Shown here one piece after another: positions 9,740 through 19,512 of a stretch of 64,000 bases of DNA; within the stretch, counting starts at the first letter, position 1; each line of letters starts with the position of its first letter. Source of the DNA: Methanobacteriota archaeon (GTDB taxonomy: Archaea > Halobacteriota > Bog-38 > Methanoflorentales > Methanoflorentaceae); the NCBI GenBank assembly GCA_963748445.1, contig CAVVIU010000004.1, positions 46,390-110,389 of the forward strand, written 5' to 3'. The translations under genes and the position numbers were made by a program. Under the pieces are notes generated by a model. The model made no database searches, was not told the DNA's origin, and worked only from the letters and a program-made list of their open reading frames with translations.

Positions 9740-11791
9740 TTACACTATCTTGTAATATCCATGCCTCTCTTCATATAATTCGCCTCCCTGACAGAGCAGT
9801 GATAGTTCTTTGTCCACTTTATCAGGATCCAAACCTTGTTCAGATGCTCTCTCTTTGATTTTTTCGATATACGCTGCGCCACTCTCTTTTTGAAGCTCCC
9901 GTATTATATCGCGTAATGACTTTATACGATCCTGTTGAGTTTTGCTCTTGCCGACTGCTATCACGTCTACATCCCGTTTGCCAGTTTCAGGGTCAACTCC
10001 CACTTCTTTGAGACACGACTCTACAACGCCAATTACCCTTTCAGCATCATCGAGCGTCACACGATTACTCAGCCTCATTCTAGCGTTCGCTTCTGCGAGT
10101 CTAATAAGCGCCTCAATTTGCCTGGCAGTAATTGGAATAGGAGAATCTTCTCCTTCCTGATTCCTTAGGTCGACATAATATTCTCTAAATCTCTTCCGCG
10201 CATCTTCACTAAGCACTGGTATGACTCTTTTAGCGTACGCGACGTATTTTCGCAACAGTTCTGACGTTATTGCTGGATTAACAACGCTCATAGCTTCCGA
10301 TACTTCATCCTCAGAGAACCCTGATGACGCCAGCTCACCAGCATAATGTGCTTGTAGTATGTGATTTGCAATAGCAGTATCTAGGACCGTATTTGGTTTA
10401 TCACTTAAGATGAAAATGAGATCGAATCGCGATAACAGTGACGGTAACATATTTATTTGCCCTGCAATGGGCTCATAGGAATCAAATCTACCATACCTCG
10501 GATTGGCGGCTCCTAACAGTGCGCATCGACTTCTCAGGGTGGCCGTAATCCCTGCCTTTGCCACACTTATCGTTTGTTGTTCCATCGCTTCATGAAGCGA
10601 GGATCGATCTTCCGATTTCATCTTGTCCATTTCATCGACTGCAGCAATGCCTTGATCTGCCAGCACTAATGCTCCTGCTTCAAGCGTCCATCTCCCGTCT
10701 CCAAATTCATCCTTGATCGCAGTGGCAGTTAGTCCCGCAGACGTTGAGCTTTTTCCACTTGTGTAAACGCCTCTTGGTGCAAGTTTTACAACATAACGAA
10801 GTATCTGTGACTTGGCGATACCAGGGTCGCCTACGAGCAAAATGTGAATATCTCCTCTAATTCTCGATCCGTCAGGAAGCAACTTCGGAACACCTGAAAA
10901 AAGTTGAAGGGCAACTGCTTCTTTGACATTTTCATAACCATAAATTGATGGTGCAATCGAATTTACAATTGACTTGTAAATATCTGGACGGTGTGACATA
11001 GCAATTATTTCGGCCTCATCATCTGTTGAGATTTCAAGATCCTCAAACTCTTTATCTTCTAACTCAATTGAATTTGCATCGAGAAACATATCGAAGGTGG
11101 TACTCTTTACATTTTGGTATAGCCGTTGAGAAACGCGTAATATTCCAGTTACCACTATCCTGTCACCAGGGAACACTTTACCTGCAAGATCCCCTACGAC
11201 ATTTATATCTAAGGTCTGTGGTTGTTCGCCACCCTTCAATCCCTCCGGAGATTCTTGGATTCTTATCTTTTGCGCATCAACAAATGTAGAGTAAGTAAAA
11301 TTTAGTTTGAAAGGACCTTTTTTTCCGCAGATACGGTGAGAGCACTCGAGAGGCTCCTTAAATTTTGCGTCCTCTTGCAGCACTTTTGTTATTTTGCCAC
11401 AGTTGAGACACTCAAATCCCGCCTCTAAAACTTGCGGCCTAACTTCTGTTGCCTTTCTAACAATTCCTTCGATTGATATAAGCTTCCCGACGTGGTGGCT
11501 CCTTAAATCTCTTATCTTCGTCTTTTCAGTTAAATTAATAATCCGAATATTTGCATCAAGCTTACATTCAAGTGGCAGATCATAATCAAGCAGAGCGTCG
11601 TGCGCATCTTGTAAAGTTACCGTTGGGTAGTCGACAAGAGCGTCAGCTAAAGCTATGTCAAAATCCTGTAACGTTTGATAATCGACCTCAATGCTTTTTA
11701 CATCGGGATACTCACTTGCGAGCTTGAGGATCTGTTGATTGTAATATCCCCTATAAAAACTCACCCACCGCTCCCTAAACTCGCTTATCAT
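9740..11791 (-). CDS. mcm: minichromosome maintenance (MCM) replicative helicase
   Basis: 683 aa with zinc motif CLNCG...CSHRICG, Walker A GDPGIAKSQ, IAAVDEMDKM and SRFDLIF. Confidence 0.95.
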   Translation of the reverse strand: MISEFRERWVSFYRGYYNQQILKLASEYPDVKSIEVDYQTLQDFDIALADALVDYPTVTLQDAHDALLDYDLPLECKLDANIRIINLTEKTKIRDLRSHHVGKLISIEGIVRKATEVRPQVLEAGFECLNCGKITKVLQEDAKFKEPLECSHRICGKKGPFKLNFTYSTFVDAQKIRIQESPEGLKGGEQPQTLDINVVGDLAGKVFPGDRIVVTGILRVSQRLYQNVKSTTFDMFLDANSIELEDKEFEDLEISTDDEAEIIAMSHRPDIYKSIVNSIAPSIYGYENVKEAVALQLFSGVPKLLPDGSRIRGDIHILLVGDPGIAKSQILRYVVKLAPRGVYTSGKSSTSAGLTATAIKDEFGDGRWTLEAGALVLADQGIAAVDEMDKMKSEDRSSLHEAMEQQTISVAKAGITATLRSRCALLGAANPRYGRFDSYEPIAGQINMLPSLLSRFDLIFILSDKPNTVLDTAIANHILQAHYAGELASSGFSEDEVSEAMSVVNPAITSELLRKYVAYAKRVIPVLSEDARKRFREYYVDLRNQEGEDSPIPITARQIEALIRLAEANARMRLSNRVTLDDAERVIGVVESCLKEVGVDPETGKRDVDVIAVGKSKTQQDRIKSLRDIIRELQKESGAAYIEKIKERASEQGLDPDKVDKELSLLCQGGELYEERHGYYKIV

Positions 11792-11944
11792 ATAGAATAA
11801 ACTATGAGAATAATGGCATTTAAACTTAAGGTTGAAACTTCTCTTGTAAAAAAAATTTCAAGCGAGGAAATAGCACAGCTGCGTGTATGAAGATATATCT
11901 GCAGCTTTCGAGCAACAATTTGTTTCGTTCTTGCTCTTTTTTAG

Positions 11945-12285
11945 CTACCTTTCTATAAACATGAGGGGGTAATCAGCATCTTCATCATATTGCATTTTTA
12001 CAAGTACTTTAGCACTCTGGTAGGCTATAACCAGCTGAACGTCGAGCATTTTGCCTTCAAGCTCAGCATAACCGTACTTGTTGAGTCTTGATCGAACCAT
12101 ATTCTTGTCAATCTGTACGCTAATGGTCTCGACATATGGCTGTACGCGAATGCTAACCTCGATCGCTTTCTCTATGTACGGCACGCTATTAAGGTCCAAG
12201 GGAGCCCCTACGAACTGGTGATAAAGAGCTCCAAGCTTTATTCCGGCCTCGAATAACGCCTGTTCTCTGTCGTTTATTACTTCAT
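11945..12285 (-). pseudogene. dihydroneopterin aldolase MptD-like protein (COG2098 type). The start is out of frame with the body, and one base appears to be missing.
   Basis: The body reads ...VINDREQALFEAGIKLGALYHQFVGAPLDLNSVPYIEKAIE.... The only ATG (12285-12283) forms an ATGA overlap with the pssA stop but reads M K * in its own frame. The body frame has a TAA just upstream and no ATG/GTG/TTG before 12199. Confidence 0.7.
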
Positions 12286-12944
12286 CCCCTGTACAGTGGA
12301 TTTAATACGTAAATTACCGAAAATACTAGCATAATTATTGAAACTAACTGATATATATCACTGCCAATTAAATTCAAAATTATCACAAGTAGCAATAATA
12401 TGCCAAGAACTGATAATGTCAAATTGTTGCTCACTTTTGAATATTCGAGATCACTTAGCATCAAACCTGACAGCAATAATAAAATTGGCACCAACCCAAC
12501 AGGCGGAAAACCTGCAAGTACGTAGAGGGCCACTATTAGTCCTGCGGCTGTTATCGGTAATCCCATAAAAAGTCTAGTTTGCGGTGTGGTATTGTACCTC
12601 GCAAGCCGAATCATGCCACACGCTACGTAGATAAAAGACAAAAAGAAAAACACAAGAGGGACCCCAAATGCGTCCCGAAGCACGTAAAATGTCAAAAGCG
12701 AAGGAACTAAACCAAATGATACAAAATCTGCCAGCGAATCGAGTTGAAATCCTAAGCTGCCATGTCCTCTAGCCCGTGCTAGATATCCATCTACTCCATC
12801 TGCGATTACACTAATCAATACTAAGACGGCCGTTGATGGTAAGTTACCTGCGTTGAGAAAGACCAGCGCCATGCTTCCAAAAAGCAGGTTGGCTAGTGTG
12901 GCTACGTCTTGCTGTTTGATTTCGATGTTGAAAGGAAAATTCAC
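12282..12944 (-). CDS. pssA: CDP-alcohol phosphatidyltransferase, archaetidylserine synthase-like
   Basis: DGVDGYLARARGHGSLGFQLDSLADFVSFGLVP is the CDP-alcohol transferase motif. The protein is polytopic and hydrophobic. Confidence 0.85.
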   Translation of the reverse strand: MNFPFNIEIKQQDVATLANLLFGSMALVFLNAGNLPSTAVLVLISVIADGVDGYLARARGHGSLGFQLDSLADFVSFGLVPSLLTFYVLRDAFGVPLVFFFLSFIYVACGMIRLARYNTTPQTRLFMGLPITAAGLIVALYVLAGFPPVGLVPILLLLSGLMLSDLEYSKVSNNLTLSVLGILLLLVIILNLIGSDIYQLVSIIMLVFSVIYVLNPLYRG

Positions 12945-13573
12945 GTTCGTTCACCTTTTTTACACGTGGCAATAACAGTTTTTCCGGCTTTTACCCTTTG
13001 TCCTTTTGTGACGATAAATGTATACCCATCAGGCAACGTAACATCAACTCTCGAGCCGAATCGAATCATGCCAATTCTTTGCCCTCGTTGAATTTTTTCA
13101 CTTTTTTTGATATAACAAACGATCCTCCTGATAAGTGCTCCTGAAATCTGAGTCACAGTAATGTCCCCCGCATTGGTTGTGATCGTGATATCATTGCGCT
13201 CATTTTTATCGGAATCCTTGCTGAATGCAGGAAATTTACTACCTTTTCTGTACTTAATATCTTTTATTTTACCTTCAAGCGGGGCACGGTTAACGTGGAC
13301 ATTATGAACGTTCATAAAGATGCTTAGTTTGTTATTCTCCGCTCTGAGAATACGTCCATCAGCTGGGCTTAGCATGTCACTACAATTGGTGCTTTCAGGA
13401 CTTCTCTCTGGATCTCTAAAGAAGATGAGAAGAAACAACATTGAAACAATTCCTATCGTGATAAAAGGTGTAAAAATACCTACTATTATTGTGAATACAA
13501 AAGATCCAAAAAGCCACGATTCAGAGCCTTTCGCTAATATCGTGGATCCCTCCTTTAAGTAAAGTGAATACAT
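12941..13573 (-). CDS. psd: phosphatidylserine (archaetidylserine) decarboxylase proenzyme
   Basis: An N-terminal TM segment and GQRIGMIRFGSRVDVTLP (G-S self-cleavage context). It has a 4-nt overlap with pssA. Confidence 0.85.
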   Translation of the reverse strand: MYSLYLKEGSTILAKGSESWLFGSFVFTIIVGIFTPFITIGIVSMLFLLIFFRDPERSPESTNCSDMLSPADGRILRAENNKLSIFMNVHNVHVNRAPLEGKIKDIKYRKGSKFPAFSKDSDKNERNDITITTNAGDITVTQISGALIRRIVCYIKKSEKIQRGQRIGMIRFGSRVDVTLPDGYTFIVTKGQRVKAGKTVIATCKKGERT

Positions 13574-14300
13574 TTACCACTATGTCCAGAAGCTCAGGCA
13601 AGATTTTGAACACAAGATAAGAAATAACAATGAGTGCCATTATTGAGCCAAATTTCGCTAAAACGTTATGGGCTATGTAGAAACTGTACTCTGAGGGGCC
13701 AAACCACTCATAACCTAAGGCAGTTATCACGAAGCCGTTCCGAACGATGTTCAAAATGTACACAACTGGTACTGAGACAAGAAATGCTTTGAATTTGTTT
13801 GTCCGAGGAGCGGGAGCGCAGGCAATTATCCCCAAAAGCAGTGCCATACTTTCAATGCCCGTACATCCGAGGATGATTTCAACAACGTGATTGTTTAGCA
13901 TTACTACATTCCAATCCAGTTGGATGGCCTGGATGCCAAGAGCGTTTAGGGTTGCTACGGTTTGAAATGTCACTGTTTCTCTGAGCACATAATTGAGATA
14001 TGAAAACTCAGCAAACGAGAAGTAAAAAATACCCCCAATCGCTGCAGCTTTTGTAATGGTAAGCGTCAGTTCATCTTTGTTTACCAACATGATAAATGCT
14101 ACGTAGGCGCAAAATGCTGCTACCAAGATCGTCAAGATTACGTTAAAAAAATCACTTATGTGAATATAATACGTTGGTAAACTCGCCCAGTGTGCTGCAA
14201 AGAATAACCAACCAGCTGAACCAATGAAATATGAACGCTTAGTTGATATAAGTGATGAAACTATAAATAAAAGCAGAGCAATCCATAGCAATCCTTCCAT
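13521..14300 (-). CDS. archaeosortase/exosortase family membrane transpeptidase
   Basis: 259 aa, polytopic. ILGCTGIESMALLLG carries the candidate catalytic Cys and YILNIVRNGFV the conserved Arg. The subtype cannot be assigned by eye. Confidence 0.75.
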   Translation of the reverse strand: MEGLLWIALLLFIVSSLISTKRSYFIGSAGWLFFAAHWASLPTYYIHISDFFNVILTILVAAFCAYVAFIMLVNKDELTLTITKAAAIGGIFYFSFAEFSYLNYVLRETVTFQTVATLNALGIQAIQLDWNVVMLNNHVVEIILGCTGIESMALLLGIIACAPAPRTNKFKAFLVSVPVVYILNIVRNGFVITALGYEWFGPSEYSFYIAHNVLAKFGSIMALIVISYLVFKILPELLDIVVNVFTLLKGGIHDISERL

Positions 14301-14580
14301 CTATTTCACCATCAAATAGAACGCCATTATAGTTTGAAAAATATCCGTTGCGATATTGGTAAAAACTTACATATAACCGTTTTGACTCTAATTTTGGCTT
14401 AAAGTATTTGGCCTTACCAATACACTTGGACAGTCTGATTCTATCACTTTAGGTGATAGGCGATCAACATAGAAATAAATATATGCTTGACTAAGTGTAG
14501 TACGATTAAGATACAAAGAGATGTCAGCAACTAAAATCAGCGATCTGGTTTTATGAAAGCGTTTTAAAGTGGAATATTGC

Positions 14581-14895
14581 ATGCAATTTTGTCCGAAGTG
14601 TAAAAGTATTATGTTGCCTGAACAAGAGCTCATAAAATGCAGAGCATGCGGGTTTGTAACAGAGAGAGAGGCACCAGCGCAGAACAAAGTCCATCAAATC
14701 CTCAGACAACAAAGAGAGATGCTTGTTTTGGACGAGGAGCTCGACGAAGGCAAACCAACAACAAAAGCGCGATGTCCTGAATGTGGATGCGACACAGCTT
14801 ATTGGTGGTTGCGACAATTGAGGGCTGCTGATGAAAGCGAGGTGCGATTCTTTCGCTGTGTAAAATGTGGTAAAACTTGGAGAGAATACGATTAA
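14581..14895 (+). CDS. tfs: transcription factor S (TFS / RpoM-like cleavage factor)
   Basis: MQFCPKCKS...CRACG N-terminal zinc ribbon, CPECG...CVKCG C-terminal ribbon, and an acidic loop QLRAADESEV. The ORF track starts at GTG 14569; ATG 14581 fits the family better. Confidence 0.9.
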   Translation: MQFCPKCKSIMLPEQELIKCRACGFVTEREAPAQNKVHQILRQQREMLVLDEELDEGKPTTKARCPECGCDTAYWWLRQLRAADESEVRFFRCVKCGKTWREYD

Positions 14896-15275
14896 TGTGA
14901 AGTCACCTCAGTTGTAGTTTAATACTCAAAACGCTTCAAAATATTGCTTTGTCGGAGATAGTTTGCAACTGACTTTGGAAGGTAGCGTGTTTCCCGACAA
15001 CTACAACATTTTCATTAAAGCTTAAAAACTAGGTAGGTAGTTTTTAACTCTGTGAAACAAACACTAACTAATTTCACAGTATTTGCTTATGTCCTTGAAA
15101 GAGATCTATCTATCAATTGTATGGCATAATAAAAAGGTTACATGTAACGCGTTTCTAATTTTTGCATTTAGCCGTAGAGTATACCAATTGTTATCGTTGC
15201 TTCACGTTTATTAATTAATAAAAAATTTTTTAAGTAACATTAATGCATTTATAGTCACATTATGAGTTCCAGTAG

Positions 15276-15977
15276 ATGGACGTAAAAATCGTACTTGTAA
15301 ATCCTATCTATGAAGGAAATGTTGGCTCGGTAGCCCGTGTTATGAAAAATTTCGGTTTCCAAGACCTTATTTTAGTTAATCCATGTAAAATTGGTAACTT
15401 TGCAAGGGCTATGGCATCACATGCTGTCGATATCTTAGACTCGGCAAAGATGAGGACTCTTGAAGATGTCTTAAAAAATTCTGAACTCATTATAGGGACG
15501 ACGGGAATTACAGGAGCAGGATCATTTACCAGGAGTCCCTATCCACTTACCAAATTGAATGAAAAGCTCGATGGTAAAAGGGGAGTGGCGTCAATCCTCT
15601 TTGGACGAGAGGACCAAGGACTTCCTAATCAAATACTGAATCAGTGTGATATGATTTTAAATGTCAAAACGAACCCAGCGTATCCGGTGATGAATATCTC
15701 GCACGCAGCAGCGGTTATTCTATACAGCATTAGTAGTTTACCGACAACATCGTCGTCAGGGGAGTTCACGATAGCGTCGCACGAGGATCTAGAGCGTCTG
15801 CTTGGTCATATAAGTGATGTTCTAACAGACATCGGATTCCCGGTGCATAAGAGAGGGCGCGTTCTTTTTACCTTAAAGCGGATTTGCGGAAAATCAGAAC
15901 TTACACCAAAAGAAGTGAGAGTACTGCGTGGCATCCTCAGTAGAATACAGATAAGCGTGAGACAACGGAAGTATTAG
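15276..15977 (+). CDS. SpoU/TrmH-class RNA 2'-O-methyltransferase (TrmJ-like)
   Basis: KIVLVNPIYEGNVGSVARVMKNFGF, LFGREDQGLP, NISHAAAVILY. Confidence 0.75.
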   Translation: MDVKIVLVNPIYEGNVGSVARVMKNFGFQDLILVNPCKIGNFARAMASHAVDILDSAKMRTLEDVLKNSELIIGTTGITGAGSFTRSPYPLTKLNEKLDGKRGVASILFGREDQGLPNQILNQCDMILNVKTNPAYPVMNISHAAAVILYSISSLPTTSSSGEFTIASHEDLERLLGHISDVLTDIGFPVHKRGRVLFTLKRICGKSELTPKEVRVLRGILSRIQISVRQRKY

Positions 15978-16825
15978 AGGTACGGACCTATAATTAGTTG
16001 CAGCCTTTGCTTTACATCATCTGATACGTTATCAAGATTTGACACTATTGCATTTCTTAGTGCATTTCGACAAGCGCAGGTTTCGTTCGTTGCAGGAAGC
16101 TTTTCAACAACCTTTTTTATTATTTTTTTTGTTATTTTTTCATTTTTCACAACGTTGTTAATGACCATTTCAATAGAGACTTCATCTTCACGCCATACAT
16201 CATAGTCTGTCACTGTTGTCAGCATTCCATAGCATATCTCTGCTTCTCGCGCTAGCTTGGCTTCAGGTATCCCTGTCATTCCGATGATGTCAAACCCCAT
16301 TTGCCTGTATGCGTTAGACTCAGCGCGAGTTGAAAACTGTGGTCCTTCTACACAAATATAAGTGCCACCTATCTTAACACAGCCGCCAATATCCTGGGCG
16401 GTGTTGTATAACGCTTGAGATATACCTTTACAAAAAGGTTCCGCAAAGCTTACGTGTACACCTATATCATCAAAAAACGTATTAGGCCGAAATTTTGTTC
16501 TGTCAAAAATTTGGTCAGGTATAACGATGTCTAGTGGTTTTATATCCTCTCTTAAGCTCCCGACAGCTGAAATTGAAATTATATTGGTGACTCCAAGCAT
16601 TTTGAGTGCATAGATATTTGCCCGTGAGTTTACATTTGTCGGTGATATTGTATGCCCGACCCCATGTCTTGGCAGAAATGCACACTTTCTTCCCGATATT
16701 TCGCCAACTGTTATTTCGCCAGAAGGGCTCCCAAAAGGGGTTTGAATTGATACTTTACTTACGTTTTCCATCTCTTCAGCACTGTAAATTCCGGTGCCAC
16801 CGATAAATGCAATCTCAACGTTCAT
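15974..16825 (-). CDS. mtnP: S-methyl-5'-thioadenosine phosphorylase
   Basis: IAFIGGTGIY, FLPRHGVGHTISPTNVNSRANIYALKMLGV, GMTGIPEAKLAREAE. The ATG at 16825 forms an ATGA overlap with the upstream stop. Confidence 0.9.
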   Translation of the reverse strand: MNVEIAFIGGTGIYSAEEMENVSKVSIQTPFGSPSGEITVGEISGRKCAFLPRHGVGHTISPTNVNSRANIYALKMLGVTNIISISAVGSLREDIKPLDIVIPDQIFDRTKFRPNTFFDDIGVHVSFAEPFCKGISQALYNTAQDIGGCVKIGGTYICVEGPQFSTRAESNAYRQMGFDIIGMTGIPEAKLAREAEICYGMLTTVTDYDVWREDEVSIEMVINNVVKNEKITKKIIKKVVEKLPATNETCACRNALRNAIVSNLDNVSDDVKQRLQLIIGPYL

Positions 16826-17508
16826 TTTAATGTCCACCCTCTCCCGTCAAAGTACACAATTTCTCGTCGTTCCATCTCTCGAAGTATCTCAGTAAGCCTA
16901 CCAGGTTGTGCGATGTCGAAGTACATCGGTTCTATCGAATACCAATGTTTCAGGCCCATTTTGATCGTTTTAAGATCCCAACTACGTCTTCGCTCTTTCG
17001 TCATCATTTTGGTAATTAGATCTGTCATGTCTTCAATGAAGTTCCATGGATACACAACCCATATCCAATCTTCGAGATACTCCGCATAGTAGTCGGGGGT
17101 AAACTCAGACGTAAATAGAAGTTGAAGAGCTCCAGTCTTTACTTCTGTTGGCCCAAACTCTTTTACGTAATTTACGGAGTATTGCAAGCTCTTACCGGTA
17201 TCCGAGATGTCATCGACAATTAAAGCCCGTTTCCCGTGCACCATCTCTTCAACTATTGGATACTTGATACGGCACTCGTCTCCCGCGCAGGCCGTTCCCA
17301 CATAATGCTCAACCTTTAAGCTGATTAAATCATTTATACCAAGAAAATCACACATCATGCGACCAGCAAACCACCCTCCTCGGGCAAGCGCCACTATAAC
17401 ATCCGGCGCATAGAAAGAGGCTTCAACGCTATAGGCGAGGTCTCTACAAAGATCGTATATGTAATTCCAATTTGTGATAGCACATTTAAACTTTTCTGGT
17501 AAAGGCAT
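16822..17508 (-). CDS. phosphoribosyltransferase (purine PRTase-like) with a C-terminal extension
   Basis: The PRPP-binding motif ALIVDDISDTGKSL is preceded by VIVALARGGW. Confidence 0.7.
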   Translation of the reverse strand: MPLPEKFKCAITNWNYIYDLCRDLAYSVEASFYAPDVIVALARGGWFAGRMMCDFLGINDLISLKVEHYVGTACAGDECRIKYPIVEEMVHGKRALIVDDISDTGKSLQYSVNYVKEFGPTEVKTGALQLLFTSEFTPDYYAEYLEDWIWVVYPWNFIEDMTDLITKMMTKERRRSWDLKTIKMGLKHWYSIEPMYFDIAQPGRLTEILREMERREIVYFDGRGWTLK

Positions 17509-17636
17509 ATAGCAGAATTCAAAACAAGGAAATATTTATCTTTATCTGTTTTTAAACTGTATCGACAATTAAACTGCTCACGTAACGTTATATATCTGTA
17601 ATCGATTGTATAGTTAGCATGAAAAGGGTGTTTTAA

Positions 17637-18083
17637 ATGAGGCTTGAACCAGATGATTGTACTGCGATAGGAGAGATTGTCGCAGGCCGTTACTTCAAGA
17701 AAAGTGGGTGGAAATACACAAATTTGAGAGACATACGAAAAATATTCAGGGCGTATAACGAACTCGAAGACCAGTATAATGCGTATCCATATATGAGCCG
17801 AGATTGGTATGTCTCAAACTCAGTTGATAAGAACATCTACATTGCCAAAACGTGGAAAGAGTTAAAAAGAATAGTCGATTTCTTAAACGAGTACGGTGAC
17901 AGACAATTATTTAGTTTTATTGTTGCCTCAGACAATCGAATAGCTCTATGCAAAGTTGTAACTGACGAAAGTAAAGCGGCTAAAGAGGCCGCAGATATCG
18001 CGAGGGAACACGGATATATGCTGCACCTCTTTAAAGTGAAGGTTCCAAATAATGTGGAATATGATATAGACACAATCGCATAA
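17637..18083 (+). CDS. hypothetical protein
   Basis: A 148-aa ORF with no overlapping alternative. The N-terminus IGEIVAGRYFKKSGWKY faintly resembles PD-(D/E)xK/YraN-type nucleases, which is not enough for a family call. Confidence 0.5.
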   Translation: MRLEPDDCTAIGEIVAGRYFKKSGWKYTNLRDIRKIFRAYNELEDQYNAYPYMSRDWYVSNSVDKNIYIAKTWKELKRIVDFLNEYGDRQLFSFIVASDNRIALCKVVTDESKAAKEAADIAREHGYMLHLFKVKVPNNVEYDIDTIA

Positions 18084-18096
18084 CACATTGGAAATA

Positions 18097-18888
18097 CTAT
18101 TGAGTGACATTAAAAAGTTCACTAGATTCACTTAGACTCTGAAGGCGACTTAAAATAATAGAATATGATTTTTTTAAGTTTTGTGCGTTGTCAAACCCTG
18201 ACTTCAAAATCTCAAGCTCCTCTTTATCCGCTGCATCTCGCATCCTTCTTGCGAACTCTGTTAAGTTACCCATAGTCCTTGTGAGCTCATCGACGATAGT
18301 TACAGTAGCAGCTAACGAAGTCCGAGAGAGTGGGTTCAAGTCTACAGCTAATACCGTTTTTCCACTCTTTCTCAAGGCCGCACACCTATCTCCATCTTCA
18401 AGCGGCACAAAAACGACGTCAGCTAGGGGAATGCCCTTTTTGTCAACCTTTGCCCTGTCGCTAGCAATTCCTGACAGTTGCACTGATTCGCGCCCTATTA
18501 ATATGCGCATCGCTCCATAATCTTTAAGATGTTGTTCGATTTTTTTACTGCGCTGAATTGAGCGATGATATAGGTTAATTTCTATAGGAGCTTCTATGAT
18601 CTCGCTGAGTTCAGCGAGCTCTGCAGGAACTAGAGCTGCTGTGTTCCCATTAACTGAAAGAATTGGATGTTGAGCGGTAAGCATGTACGCACTTGCCACT
18701 CTAACCGCTTCAAGTGCATTGGCTGTACTTCTCTCCCCTACAAGATAATCAAATGCTTCACCTCTCCCATGAGCTATAAGTCCGTGAACACTTGTTATGC
18801 CTTTTTTATTTCCTTCAACTAGCCTATCTCTTAAAATAAGTGATTTATAGCGTGGATGGTTTTTGGATATTATAACCATTTTACTCAA
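18097..18888 (-). CDS. 4-phosphopantoate--beta-alanine ligase (archaeal phosphopantothenate synthetase)
   Basis: HPRYKSLILRDRLVEG...GLIAHGRGEAFDYLVGE...PILSVNGNTAAL matches the archaeal PPS (DUF137/COG1701) family. Confidence 0.85.
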   Translation of the reverse strand: MSKMVIISKNHPRYKSLILRDRLVEGNKKGITSVHGLIAHGRGEAFDYLVGERSTANALEAVRVASAYMLTAQHPILSVNGNTAALVPAELAELSEIIEAPIEINLYHRSIQRSKKIEQHLKDYGAMRILIGRESVQLSGIASDRAKVDKKGIPLADVVFVPLEDGDRCAALRKSGKTVLAVDLNPLSRTSLAATVTIVDELTRTMGNLTEFARRMRDAADKEELEILKSGFDNAQNLKKSYSIILSRLQSLSESSELFNVTQ

Positions 18889-18957
18889 ACCAGAAAATTA
18901 TGAATTTGAATGTCGTTCATGTTATCTACTCAACGTTAAAAAAACAGTTCATAAATT

Positions 18958-19199
18958 TCATCTATGTTGCTCCGATTTTCCGTTTAAAGAGCCCAGTACA
19001 TTCAGCATATTTATACAACGCAGTAGTGTGCTCTTTTTAAAACCGCTACAATCTCCAGAGAGCTCGTTCATTGACATACCGTTATGTTCAAAATCGCGAT
19101 CAAATGGAGATTCGTTTTTATATTTAATTAAGTCCACAAGAAGTGCGTCGCATTTTAATCCATTCTTTGCTTTTTTCTTGCTTTTTTCTTTTTACTCAT
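18958..19199 (-). pseudogene. possible small lysine-rich protein gene, readable only with a 1-nt correction in an A-run
   Basis: The ATG at 19199 gives MSKKKKARKK. After the A-run (about 19165-19172) another frame reads AKNGLKCDALLVDLIKYKNESPFDRDFEHNGMSMNELSGDCSGFKKSTLLRCINMLNVLGSLNGKSEQHR*. I recognise no family. Confidence 0.25.
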
Positions 19200-19512
19200 T
19201 TTCTTCCAAAGAATAACAAATTCTTATATTTAATACATATTAATTTTTCATACAGCTACTTTAATTTACTTCAATGAGCTAAAAACAGCCCACAGCTTAA
19301 TTTATGTATTAACGACCGTTTTAACCCTCCTTCTGTAACTTATAAATAAGCAAGTAGTTGCGAATTTTATATCAGCATATCAACGTGTTCCTACCTAGTT
19401 AAAATAATTTGGAGCATTGTAGAGCAGTTTAGTTATAGTATCATCAAACATGGCGGACATTGATTGTCTAACAAATAAAAACGTAAGCGCATAAACTGTA
19501 TCAGAAATTATA

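Noticed and set aside
11792-11944. Replication origin next to mcm
   Set aside because: The spacer is only about 150 nt, with no repeated ORB-like elements, no G-strings and no adjacent orc1/cdc6 gene.
18863-19216. 117-aa plus-strand ORF between the CoA genes
   Set aside because: It has F/S/L-rich low complexity and overlaps the start of the PPS gene. It is not convincing as coding.
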